DNA of 54,050 nucleotides from an uncultured Gammaproteobacteria bacterium (GTDB lineage Bacteria > Patescibacteriota > Patescibacteriia > Patescibacteriales > WJLG01). The notes under the pieces are model-generated. The model had not been told where the DNA came from and ran no database searches. It saw only the letters and a program-made list of their open reading frames with translations. The translations under genes and the position numbers were made by a program. Shown piece by piece: positions 8,368 through 17,261 of this stretch. The stretch is from assembly GCA_964547855.1 (NCBI GenBank), contig CAZJPG010000004.1, forward strand, positions 1-54,050. Reading direction: 5' to 3'. Positions within the stretch are counted from its first letter, which is position 1. Every line of letters starts with the position of its first letter.

Positions 8368-10164
8368 TTGTCTTATTTCATGAAAAATATCAGGAATTTT
8401 TGCATAATTGCCCATATCGATCACGGAAAATCGACTCTTTCCGATAGAATGTTGGAGATGACGGGAACTATAGAAAAGCGCCGCATGAAGGAGCAGTTTT
8501 TAGATATGATGGATTTGGAAAGAGAAAGAGGTATCACCATCAAACTTAAGCCGGTATCCATGAATTTCAATGGTTACGAGATGAATTTGATCGATACTCC
8601 TGGACATGTGGATTTCTCTTATGAGGTTTCTCGCTCTTTGGCGGCGGTCGAAGGAGCTATTTTGCTTATCGACGCTACTCAAGGGATACAGGCTCAGACT
8701 TTGGCTAACTTGTATTTGGCCCTAAAAGAGGATTTGACGATTATCCCAGTAATAAACAAGATCGACCTGCCAGCTGCTGACATACCTAACACAAAGGCCG
8801 AGATAGTGAATTTGATTGGTTGCGATGAAAGTGAAATATTGTCCGCTTCTGGAAAGACTGGCGAGGGCGTTGAGGCCATACTAAAGGCTGTTATAGACAG
8901 GATCCCGCCGCCTACCGGCGATGAGGCTAAACCTACTAGGGCACTTATATTTGATTCTAATTATGATGAATATAAGGGTGTTGTGGCGCATATTAGGGTC
9001 GTTGATGGATCGTTCAAGAAAGGGGATAAGATAAAATTGCTCTCCAGTAAAACAGAGAGTGAAATTTTAGATATCGGCGTATTTAAACCAGACTATCATC
9101 CAACATCCGGTCTTTCCGCTGGTGAGGTCGGATATGTTATCACTGGCTTTAGGGATGTCTCGGAGTGCGGAGTTGGTGATACTGTAACTCTTTTGTCGGA
9201 TCTGGGTAAAGTCGAGCCGCTCAAGGGTTATGAGCAGGCGAAGCCAATGGTCTTTGCCGGTATTTTTCCGCGCGAAGGCAATGATTTCAAGGACCTTAGG
9301 GAGGCTATGGATCGTCTTAAGCTCAATGATTCTTCTTTGACCTATGAACCAGAAAGATCGGAGGCCTTGGGTTTCGGGTTCCGTTGTGGTTTTCTTGGTT
9401 TGCTGCATTTAGAGATATTCCAAGAGCGCCTTCGTCGCGAATTCAATCTTGATTTGATAGTCACCGTGCCAAGTGTAGCTTATAAAGTCTATAAGCGTGG
9501 GACTTTGGAAGAGATCACGGTTAGAACCCCGCAGAAATTGCCGTCTCTCGGAGAAGTCGATCGCATCGAGGAGCCGTGGGTGACCATGGATATCGTGGTG
9601 CCGAAAGAATATATCGGCAAGGTTATGGATTTGGCTCAAGAGAAAAGAGGAATTTATAAAAATACCGAGTATATTGACGAAAAGAGAGTGATCATACATT
9701 ATCAGATGCCGATGGCCTCAATCCTGACCGATTTTTATGATAAGATAAAGAGTGTCAGTTCTGGATACGCTTCGATCAATTATGAGTTTTTGGATTATCG
9801 TCCAGCTAAAGTGGTTAGGCTTGATATTCTAGTCGCTGAGGATATGGTCGAGGCTTTATCGGTTATAACCTACGAAGACGATGCTTATCGACGTGGACGC
9901 GAGATAGTCGAGACTTTGAAAGATTCATTGCCTAAGCAGATGTTCGTGGTCAAGATTCAGGCAGCTGTCGGCGGGAAGATCATTGCCGCTGAGCAGTTGT
10001 CAGCTATGCGCAAGGACGTTACGGCCAAACTTTATGGCGGCGACGTTTCCCGTAAAATGAAACTTTTAAAGAAACAGAAAGAAGGAAAGAAGAAAATGAT
10101 GCAAGCCGGCAAAGGTTCGGTCGAGATACCGCCGGAGACATTTGTAAAGATATTGAAGAAATAG
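8368..10164 (+). CDS. lepA: Elongation factor 4 (start probably ATG 8380)
   Basis: RNFCIIAHIDHGKSTL, DTPGHVDF, NKID, GFRCGFLGLLH, KDVTAKLYGGD. Confidence 0.97.
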   Translation: MSYFMKNIRNFCIIAHIDHGKSTLSDRMLEMTGTIEKRRMKEQFLDMMDLERERGITIKLKPVSMNFNGYEMNLIDTPGHVDFSYEVSRSLAAVEGAILLIDATQGIQAQTLANLYLALKEDLTIIPVINKIDLPAADIPNTKAEIVNLIGCDESEILSASGKTGEGVEAILKAVIDRIPPPTGDEAKPTRALIFDSNYDEYKGVVAHIRVVDGSFKKGDKIKLLSSKTESEILDIGVFKPDYHPTSGLSAGEVGYVITGFRDVSECGVGDTVTLLSDLGKVEPLKGYEQAKPMVFAGIFPREGNDFKDLREAMDRLKLNDSSLTYEPERSEALGFGFRCGFLGLLHLEIFQERLRREFNLDLIVTVPSVAYKVYKRGTLEEITVRTPQKLPSLGEVDRIEEPWVTMDIVVPKEYIGKVMDLAQEKRGIYKNTEYIDEKRVIIHYQMPMASILTDFYDKIKSVSSGYASINYEFLDYRPAKVVRLDILVAEDMVEALSVITYEDDAYRRGREIVETLKDSLPKQMFVVKIQAAVGGKIIAAEQLSAMRKDVTAKLYGGDVSRKMKLLKKQKEGKKKMMQAGKGSVEIPPETFVKILKK

Positions 10165-10223
10165 TTTTTGGCGCTAATTATAAAGTTTAGCGCATGGTGC
10201 GAAATATTTCATACTTCATATTT

Positions 10224-10319
10224 ATGAAAAAGAAACTTATCGTTAAAATGACCTGGGTATTCATATCGTTGATGGTCATCTTCTCTATGGTGGCCTGGAC
10301 AGTGGCCCCATATCTTTGA
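10224..10319 (+). CDS. 31-aa single-TM peptide, absent from the ORF track
   Basis: MKKKLIVKMTWVFISLMVIFSMVAWTVAPYL; fills the gap between lepA and recJ, same strand. Confidence 0.6.
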   Translation: MKKKLIVKMTWVFISLMVIFSMVAWTVAPYL

Positions 10320-10341
10320 TTTTTGATTTTTACGCCCATCA

Positions 10342-12054
10342 ATGAATAGAATATGGCAAGCTTTGCCTAAAGCAAGAGAGGATTTTTTTAAGAGATACCC
10401 GGAGTACGACCGGGTTGTCTTGCAGTTGCTATATAATCGCGGCATCAGAGACCGCGATGACATGGAATTCTTTCTGTCTGGTCGCTATGAGGAGAATTTC
10501 GACCCTTTTATCTTTAGAAAGATGGAGGAGGCCGTGGCTTTGGTGATTGACACTATTAAGTCCAGACAGAAAATTTGCGTCTATGGCGATTATGATGCTG
10601 ACGGAGTCACTTCGACATCTTTATTGTTTGAGGTTTTAACGACGCTCAAGGCCGATTGTTTCGTTTATATACCGAATCGATCTAGCGAGGGGTATGGAAT
10701 GCATAATAGTGCGATTGATAAGATAGCCGGTAAGGGGGCTAAATTGATCATTACCGTCGATAATGGGATTCGCAATAAGGCCGAGATAATATATGCCAAG
10801 GAGAAGGGTATGGATGTTATAGTTACTGATCACCATGAACCACCAGAGTTAGTCGATGATTTGCCGCCATGTCTGATCATTGACCCGCACGTAAAAGGCG
10901 AGAGATATCCATTTAAATATTTGGCTGGAGTGGCCGTAGCCTTTAAATTGGCCAGGGCTTTAGTCGAGAGATCGACTTTGGCGGCCGAAATGAAGGAGAA
11001 ATTATTAACGAAGGTTTTGGATTTGGTGGCCATTGGCACCGTAGCCGATTGTGTGACTCTTCTTGGTGAGAATCGCTTGCTTTTAAAGAAAGGGTTGGAG
11101 GTTTTGAACTCGACCAAGAGAGTTGGCCTTAAGGAACTCATAAAGAAGGCTAAAATAGACGGTAAGCACCTAGAGTCCTGGAATATAGGTTTTCAAATAG
11201 CTCCTCGTCTCAATGCTTCCGGGCGCATGGGCAGTGCTGGTGGAGCCTTTAATTTACTCTCGACCAAAGAAAAGGAAATCGCGGAAGAGGAAGCCGAGAA
11301 GTTGGATGAGAGAAATCAGCGTCGTCAGAAAGAAACAGAGGAGATAGTGCGCGAAGTCGAAGAACAAATAAAAGAACAACTTGAAGAGAAGATAATTATC
11401 GGCGTTTGCCCAGACGAAAAAAAGCCATGGAACGAAGGTATTGTGGGCTTGGTGGCTGGTCGCATAGCTGAAAAATATTATAAGCCATGTTTGGTCATGA
11501 CCAAGGCCGAAGGGTTTTATAAAGGCTCTGGACGCAGCATTGATGAATTCAATTTATTCAAGGCCTTAGAGGAGGCAAAGGAGCATTTAGCTAAGCACGG
11601 CGGTCATCAGTTGGCTTGTGGTTTTTCTTTATCCGTTTCCAAATTATCATCGTTTTCCGCTAAGATGCGAGAGATAGCCAGAAGGGAACTCGATGGTGTC
11701 AATCTGGAGTCAAAGGTCGTAATAGACTGTGAGTTAGAAGGCGGAAAAATAAACCGAGAGTTATTGAAGGATATAAGCAAGTTAGAGCCTTTTGGCTTTC
11801 GCAATCCGCAGCCTAAATTCATGACCAAGGGTCTAATGATCAGGGATATAGTTTATCTTGGTGCGGAAAAGAAGCATATTAAATTGCGTTTCGATGGTCT
11901 CTGGGGCATCGGTTTTTCTAAGGCCGAGGAATGGAAGGATATTAAGATCGGCGATGTCGTTGACGCTGCCTATCATCTTGAGCTTAATGAATTTAACGGC
12001 AGTTCCAACTTGCAACTGAAGTTGGTTGACATTAGATTGAGCCACGGAGTGTGA
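10342..12054 (+). CDS. recJ: ssDNA-specific exonuclease RecJ
   Basis: GDYDADG, TVDNG, TDHH, GTVAD, APRLNASGR, GSGRS, GGH motifs. Confidence 0.96.
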   Translation: MNRIWQALPKAREDFFKRYPEYDRVVLQLLYNRGIRDRDDMEFFLSGRYEENFDPFIFRKMEEAVALVIDTIKSRQKICVYGDYDADGVTSTSLLFEVLTTLKADCFVYIPNRSSEGYGMHNSAIDKIAGKGAKLIITVDNGIRNKAEIIYAKEKGMDVIVTDHHEPPELVDDLPPCLIIDPHVKGERYPFKYLAGVAVAFKLARALVERSTLAAEMKEKLLTKVLDLVAIGTVADCVTLLGENRLLLKKGLEVLNSTKRVGLKELIKKAKIDGKHLESWNIGFQIAPRLNASGRMGSAGGAFNLLSTKEKEIAEEEAEKLDERNQRRQKETEEIVREVEEQIKEQLEEKIIIGVCPDEKKPWNEGIVGLVAGRIAEKYYKPCLVMTKAEGFYKGSGRSIDEFNLFKALEEAKEHLAKHGGHQLACGFSLSVSKLSSFSAKMREIARRELDGVNLESKVVIDCELEGGKINRELLKDISKLEPFGFRNPQPKFMTKGLMIRDIVYLGAEKKHIKLRFDGLWGIGFSKAEEWKDIKIGDVVDAAYHLELNEFNGSSNLQLKLVDIRLSHGV

Positions 12055-12070
12055 ATTAATATTCGTTTTG

Positions 12071-12199
12071 TTTAATCTTTTGTCGGCTACCGCTCACCGC
12101 CTCCGGCGCGGCGGTTCGCTACTGCTTCTCGCGGCCTCTTCGCGCCTTGCGCGAAACTGTGCCCGGCCGCTTCGAAGAAGCGCGCCGACAAAGATTAAA
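12071..12199. repeat. GC-rich nested-palindrome element with terminal inverted repeats (REP/MITE-like)
   Basis: Ends tttaatctt(t)tgtcggc / gccgacaaagattaaa; internal ttcgcgc-ctt-gcgcgaa, gcggcc/ggccgc and ccgcc/ggcgg stems. Confidence 0.65.
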
Positions 12200-12217
12200 A
12201 AAACATATAAGGCATAT

Positions 12218-12637
12218 ATGGAAAATTCAAAAGAACTAATAATCCATACCGACGGTGGAGCTAGGGGTAATCCTGGGCCGGCCGGCATAGGCGCGGTTTT
12301 AAAGGATAAAGATGGTAATTTGGTAGCTGAGGTCTCCGAATATATCGGTGAGACGACGAATAATCAAGCCGAGTATAGGGCGGTTTTAGCGGCATTGGAG
12401 AAGGCCAAATCATTGGGAGCCGAAGAGTTGGAGTTCGTGTTAGATAGTGAATTGGTGGTTAAACAGCTTAATCGGGAATACAAAGTCAAAGACAAAGGTT
12501 TAGCTGTAGTTTTCATGAAAGTATATAACGCTTCATTGGGATTTAAGAAAGTTTCATTTCGCCATGTTCGTCGTGAGATGAATAAGGAAGCTGATGCTTT
12601 GGTGAACAAGGCGTTGGACGCAAGGACTAGTATTTAG
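12218..12637 (+). CDS. rnhA: Ribonuclease HI (archaeal/actinobacterial-like family)
   Basis: TDGGARGNPGPAG, TNNQAEY, DSELVVKQL, HVRREMNKEAD; ATG 12218 is preferred over the ORF-track start, which runs through the repeat element. Confidence 0.9.
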   Translation: MENSKELIIHTDGGARGNPGPAGIGAVLKDKDGNLVAEVSEYIGETTNNQAEYRAVLAALEKAKSLGAEELEFVLDSELVVKQLNREYKVKDKGLAVVFMKVYNASLGFKKVSFRHVRREMNKEADALVNKALDARTSI

Positions 12638-12640
12638 TAT

Positions 12641-12668
12641 AAAGCCCCTTGTTGGGGTTTTATTTTTT
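12641..12668 (+). terminator. Intrinsic terminator after rnhA
   Basis: aaagcccc/ggggttt hairpin followed by a T-rich tract. Confidence 0.6.
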
Positions 12669-12725
12669 AACCATTTTAAAATACTCGATACTTTATACTA
12701 GATACTAAATAAACTTTTCCACAAC

Positions 12726-12757
12726 AAAAAACCCACCAATTTCTTGGCGGGTTTTTT
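12726..12757 (-). terminator. Intrinsic terminator after porB (bidirectional shape)
   Basis: aaaaaacccacca/tggcgggtttttt. Confidence 0.75.
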
Positions 12758-12783
12758 GTTTTGTCTTAGGTTTTTCTTTATTA

Positions 12784-13713
12784 TTATTCTAAATCAGCCC
12801 GTAGGCCAAACCTAGTAATGTTAGCATCTGCAATGCTTTGTATATATTTTATCTCATCTTCTCCTTTTTGTGAAGTGAATAAGTGTTTGAAGCGAGCCTG
12901 GATCTTCAAATACTCTTCGACTGGTTTGAACTCTTTCATCTTGGACGAATTGACTAACTGACCATCGATGAACTCTAATTGCGGGTAAAGACCCGTTTGA
13001 ACGGCTAGCTTGCCAGCTTTCATAGCATCAGAAGGCTTTAATCCCCAACCAGGTATGCAAGGAGCCATTATCTGTATATAGGCAGGTCCTCCCATCTCCA
13101 AGGCTTTTTTAACTTTAGCAGTTATGTCCTGCGGGTATCCGGCGGTCGATTGAGCTACGTATTTCAAACCGTGAGCCAAGGCTATCCCGATCATGTCTTT
13201 TTTTCTTTGTGTGGAGCCGATAGACTCCTTTCCGGCCGGTGCGGTGGTAGTGGAAGCTCCAGCTGGAGTCGCTCCAGAGGCTTGATAGCCGGTGTTGGAG
13301 TATATCTCTGTGTCATAACAGATATAGACGACGTCGTCGCCACGCTCCCACATTCCTGATATTAGACCTATGCCGATATCGAATGTCGCGCCATCGCCAC
13401 CTTGGGCGATCACCTTAGTCTTTATTTCCTTGCCTCCTCGCTTGATTTTAGCGTCTAAGGCAGCTCGTATCCCAGAGGCTACGGCTGACGCATTTTCAAA
13501 TAAAGAATGTATCCATGGCACTTTCCAAGATGATTCCGGATAAGGAGTGGTGGTCACCTCACTACAGCCAGTGGCATTGGCGATAATGACGTCTGGTCCC
13601 ATGGCGCGAGTGGCGGCCATAGCCGACACCAATAATCCGCAGCCAGCACAGGCTCGGTGCCCAGAAGCGATCAGTACGTCGCCTTGTTTTAACTCTGTTT
13701 TGTTATTGTTCAT
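12784..13713 (-). CDS. porB: Pyruvate:ferredoxin oxidoreductase beta subunit (TPP-binding)
   Basis: GHRACAGCG, ATGC, GGDG, YSNTGYQ.SGATP, APCIPGW. Confidence 0.93.
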   Translation of the reverse strand: MNNNKTELKQGDVLIASGHRACAGCGLLVSAMAATRAMGPDVIIANATGCSEVTTTPYPESSWKVPWIHSLFENASAVASGIRAALDAKIKRGGKEIKTKVIAQGGDGATFDIGIGLISGMWERGDDVVYICYDTEIYSNTGYQASGATPAGASTTTAPAGKESIGSTQRKKDMIGIALAHGLKYVAQSTAGYPQDITAKVKKALEMGGPAYIQIMAPCIPGWGLKPSDAMKAGKLAVQTGLYPQLEFIDGQLVNSSKMKEFKPVEEYLKIQARFKHLFTSQKGEDEIKYIQSIADANITRFGLRADLE

Positions 13714-13725
13714 ATTTATTTTTTG

Positions 13726-14955
13726 TTATTCAACATGAAAATGATTTGCACTGGCATCTTTGTTGTATTTGCAGTTAGATGCTTCAGTATAGTAGTCACA
13801 ACAAGTTGGTCCGCTTGTGCACTCATATTGAAAGTTGGTCAGGTTCGCTGCCTTTAATTTTTTAGCCATGGTGTCGACTTTTGTTGGATCTTCGCTTTTG
13901 TCTGTAAAATTTAAATCAACACATCTGCCGTCTGTATGACATGGGTCTATGTGATGGTCTGTCGGTGGCCAAGCTTCGGTTACTTGCCAACCACTATAGG
14001 TCATATATATTGTTTTTAGCTTTTCGGCCATCTCTGGGGATGCTTTGCAGCTAGAAGCATTTTTGCACATTCCTAGATATATGTCTGTGCAATTATCACA
14101 TGCCTTACAATTTATTTTGTAATCATTTGGGCAGCCAGGTGGTATGGTCGGACAGCAGCAAGTTTGATTACTTCCTACGTTGGAGCCACATAATTTTACG
14201 GCAAGCAGGTTATTAGAACTTCCTGTAAGATCGATGGCTGAATAACTGTATTTAGTTTGGTTTTCTTGACAGGTATTATTTGCTGCCCAGGAGCAGCCAG
14301 GCTGTTGTTGATATGAACAGCAGCAAGCGTAGTTGTCGCCTGGTTTTTTTGTGGCTGCACAATCAGAATCGGTGCCGCTTGGCGTGTTTGGTGGACAACC
14401 AGTATTACCGGTCCCACTGGTTGTCTCTGATCCGGTTTTTACTTTTTGCGTCTCAGTCCAGGAGCAATTTTTTTCGGAAGAATTGGTACTGCTTTTCACG
14501 TCAAATTTCAGGCTCGTTACATTACTACTTAGATTAACCAGTGCAGGATTGACCTGTGATAGCACTATATACGATGTTAGAACTAATACCATGCCAGTAA
14601 TGGCGGCGAATATCATTTCCTTGGCCTCTCCGATCGAGGATGGGTTTCCTCCGGCCAATATCCATCTAAGGCCGCCGATCATAAGCATGACCGCAGCCAA
14701 GATGCCTACAGCTCCAACGGCGTAAGTATAGACGGATTTAACGTAGGCCGCGATTGGTGCGGTAGTCTTATCAAAGACGATGTCCTGGCCGATCGGTACG
14801 TTGGCTTTGAACGTCTCTTGGGCGTTGGCTATTTCTGGCGATGAAAAACTTCCGACAGCGGCAACTGTTTGAGCTGCGGCCAAAGCAACGAATACCCAGG
14901 CCATTAGGCGGGGCATTAATCTAAGCTTGGAAGTCTTATTTTTCTTTTTAGGCAT
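13726..14955 (-). CDS. VirB2/TrbC-like pilin fused to a Cys-rich linker and a Hedgehog-like/M15 Zn-peptidase domain
   Basis: Signal peptide; pilin motif GILAAVMLMIGGLRWILAGGNP..EAKEMIFAAITG; C-terminal VTEAW..DHH..H-TDGRCV-D..YE..HFH. Confidence 0.75.
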   Translation of the reverse strand: MPKKKNKTSKLRLMPRLMAWVFVALAAAQTVAAVGSFSSPEIANAQETFKANVPIGQDIVFDKTTAPIAAYVKSVYTYAVGAVGILAAVMLMIGGLRWILAGGNPSSIGEAKEMIFAAITGMVLVLTSYIVLSQVNPALVNLSSNVTSLKFDVKSSTNSSEKNCSWTETQKVKTGSETTSGTGNTGCPPNTPSGTDSDCAATKKPGDNYACCCSYQQQPGCSWAANNTCQENQTKYSYSAIDLTGSSNNLLAVKLCGSNVGSNQTCCCPTIPPGCPNDYKINCKACDNCTDIYLGMCKNASSCKASPEMAEKLKTIYMTYSGWQVTEAWPPTDHHIDPCHTDGRCVDLNFTDKSEDPTKVDTMAKKLKAANLTNFQYECTSGPTCCDYYTEASNCKYNKDASANHFHVE

Positions 14956-15012
14956 AAGCGCGGTAGTAGTAAATATTTTTTAGGGATTTGATAAAGCGTT
15001 TTTCTGTCCATG

Positions 15013-15068
15013 CTTTATACATGATACTTAATACTTCATGCAAAAAGTATAATGTATAAAGTATAATG
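15013..15068. repeat. Inverted heptamer-periodic repeats
   Basis: ctttatacat-gatactt-aatactt ... aagtata-atgtata-aagtata; ctttatacat pairs with atgtataaag. Confidence 0.6.
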
Positions 15069-15111
15069 CCCGATGCGTGTAAAGATTTGAAAATTTATCG
15101 TTTTTGTTACT

Positions 15112-16320
15112 TTATTTACCAAGCCAAATATCTTCCTCTCCGCCAGGGATGGATTTTTCCAATATCGTTTCAAAGGTTTCAGCATTAATATCTCGTCCGC
15201 CAAGCCCGACGACAAAGCTTTTAACTGAAGAAAAACCTTTATTCAATAAGGAAGACCGAACTTCCAAGGCTAGAGGGGCAGTCGCTCCTAAAGATGCATC
15301 TTTTTCGACTACGGCTACATTTTTGGCTCCGAATTTTTTCAAGGCTTCGGCTATCTCTTCTCCTGGCCATGGGCGCATAGTTCTTATTTTTAATACTCCG
15401 ACTTTGCCTTTGCCTCCGGAGAACATTCCACTTGGCGCTTTTTTATTGGCTTTATCAGCGGCATCCTTCGCCGTTCCAGCCAAAGAACCCATGGTGATTA
15501 TGACTTTTTCAGCCTTTGCTGGTCCGTAGTATTCAAGTAGGCCAGTATCCAAAAGAACGTCTTTGCATTCTTTGCACAAAGTTTTGAAAGCCTTTTTGTA
15601 TTTTTGGTACTCTTCGTTTATGAGCTTTTTAGAGTCGATGATATTTTCATGAGCTTCTTTTCTTATCTCGAAATAATGCGCCGGAGTGGCTAAGGCACCC
15701 AAGGTTCTAGGATTCTCTGGGTCTAAGTAGCTGCCTTTTTTTGGTTTGTAGGTTGGCAAGAATTTTTGCACATCCTTTTCTTCTGGTAGTATAACCTCCT
15801 CATAAGAATGAGTAAGCACGAAGCCGTCGACATTCACGATGGCTGGGGCCATTATTTTCTCGGCGACCTTATAGGAAATGATGTGCTGCATGACCGCTTC
15901 TTGGTGATTCTCGGAGAACAATATTAAAAAGCCAGCATCGCGGATGGCCATGATGTCTTGTTGGTCGTTCCATATACTGATCGGGGAGGAAATGGCACGA
16001 TTGGCGCAAGTGATAACGGCCGGCAACCTCATACCAGCAATGTTGTATAACACTTCGGTCATCAACAATAATCCTTGTGAGCTGGTCGAGGTATATACTC
16101 TTTCGCCGGTAGCACTGGCACCTAGTATTATCGAAGCGGCTGCGAATTCGCTTTCGGCACGCAAGTATTCATAGTCGGCTTCACCATCGGCCTTAAAGCG
16201 AGCCAGATCTTCAACGATGTGCGTTTGCGGGGTTATTGGGTAGGCCGAAATGACCGTTGGCTTGATCGCTTTGATGGTCAAGGCGATGGCACGAGACCCT
16301 TCGAGTATTTGAGGTTTCAT
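15112..16320 (-). CDS. porA: Pyruvate:ferredoxin oxidoreductase alpha subunit
   Basis: AYPITPQT, ESEFAA, TSTSSQGL, NRAISSP. Confidence 0.94.
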   Translation of the reverse strand: MKPQILEGSRAIALTIKAIKPTVISAYPITPQTHIVEDLARFKADGEADYEYLRAESEFAAASIILGASATGERVYTSTSSQGLLLMTEVLYNIAGMRLPAVITCANRAISSPISIWNDQQDIMAIRDAGFLILFSENHQEAVMQHIISYKVAEKIMAPAIVNVDGFVLTHSYEEVILPEEKDVQKFLPTYKPKKGSYLDPENPRTLGALATPAHYFEIRKEAHENIIDSKKLINEEYQKYKKAFKTLCKECKDVLLDTGLLEYYGPAKAEKVIITMGSLAGTAKDAADKANKKAPSGMFSGGKGKVGVLKIRTMRPWPGEEIAEALKKFGAKNVAVVEKDASLGATAPLALEVRSSLLNKGFSSVKSFVVGLGGRDINAETFETILEKSIPGGEEDIWLGK

Positions 16321-16327
16321 AGTTTAA

Positions 16328-16400
16328 TTGAATATTGAATACTGAATTATGAATTCAGAATTTTATTTTTATATTTATGATTCACTATTCACTATTCAGT
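16328..16400. repeat. Inverted heptamer tandem arrays
   Basis: ttgaata ttgaata ctgaatt atgaatt cagaatt ... attcact attcact attcagt. Confidence 0.75.
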
Positions 16401-16418
16401 TTTTCGTAAAAACAAGAA

Positions 16419-16682
16419 TTATTTTTTCTCCAGTTCCATGGCAATGCATTTGACTGGGCACTCTTCGGCACAGAGGCCGCAGCCTTTGCAATAATCATAA
16501 TTCGTCTCTGGTCTTTGGCCCTTTTCAGTATCTTTCATTTTTATGGCATTGTCAGGACAGACCCTGGCGCAAGTGCCACAACCAATGCATTTTTCTTGAT
16601 CGGTCTTGGGGATGAAAGTTCTCCAGTCGCCGGTCTTATTGTTCATGGTCGAACCGGGGGCGACCGTTAGATCTATAGTCAT
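16419..16682 (-). CDS. porD: PFOR delta subunit (2x[4Fe-4S] ferredoxin)
   Basis: KTGDWRT, CIGCGTCARVCP and CKGCGLCAEECP. Confidence 0.93.
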   Translation of the reverse strand: MTIDLTVAPGSTMNNKTGDWRTFIPKTDQEKCIGCGTCARVCPDNAIKMKDTEKGQRPETNYDYCKGCGLCAEECPVKCIAMELEKK

Positions 16683-16694
16683 ATTTGTTTTTAA

Positions 16695-17255
16695 TTAAGA
16701 ATGATAAGCTCTTTCCAGGGCCTCTATATTCTTTTTGATTATCTCTTCGCCTTTTTCTTCGAATTTTTCCTCAATAGCTTTCTTTAACCCCTCAATGCTT
16801 AAAAGTCCGTCCAGTTTTGCCAAAGCTCCAAGAATGGTCGTGTTGGAAAGGTTTTTGCCAAAGATTTCCATAGCTATCTTGGTGGCGTCCACTGGGTAGA
16901 TGTTTCCGGCTGGAACGGATTTTTTATCTTGTCCGTAGGTTAATTTTATTTCTTCCTTAGGCTTTGAGGTGTTCACTACTACGATAACGTTCTCGTCGCA
17001 ATCGGCAGTTGGATTTAAGCCTACTAAGGTTGGGTCGAGTATTATTAAAATATCAGGACTGGATACTTGCTCTCTGGTGCGTATGAAATTTTCGTCTATG
17101 CGGGCAAAGGCCTGAATAGGCGCGCCAGTACGCTCAACGCCAAAGGAAGGAAAGGCTTGCGATTGTTTGCCGTCTTTGTAAGCGGCGATAGCTAGCAATT
17201 CGGCGGCCGTGACCACTCCCTGACCACCGCGGCCATGCAATCTGATTTGTTTCAT
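16695..17255 (-). CDS. porG: PFOR gamma subunit
   Basis: IRLHGRGGQGVVT, FPSFGVERTGAP, NTTILGA. Confidence 0.93.
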   Translation of the reverse strand: MKQIRLHGRGGQGVVTAAELLAIAAYKDGKQSQAFPSFGVERTGAPIQAFARIDENFIRTREQVSSPDILIILDPTLVGLNPTADCDENVIVVVNTSKPKEEIKLTYGQDKKSVPAGNIYPVDATKIAMEIFGKNLSNTTILGALAKLDGLLSIEGLKKAIEEKFEEKGEEIIKKNIEALERAYHS

Positions 17256-17261
17256 ATTCGA

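Noticed and set aside
12068-12217. N-terminal extension of RNase HI in the ORF track
   Set aside because: It translates the GC-rich repeat element into low-complexity Arg/Ala sequence; ATG 12218 gives a normal-length enzyme
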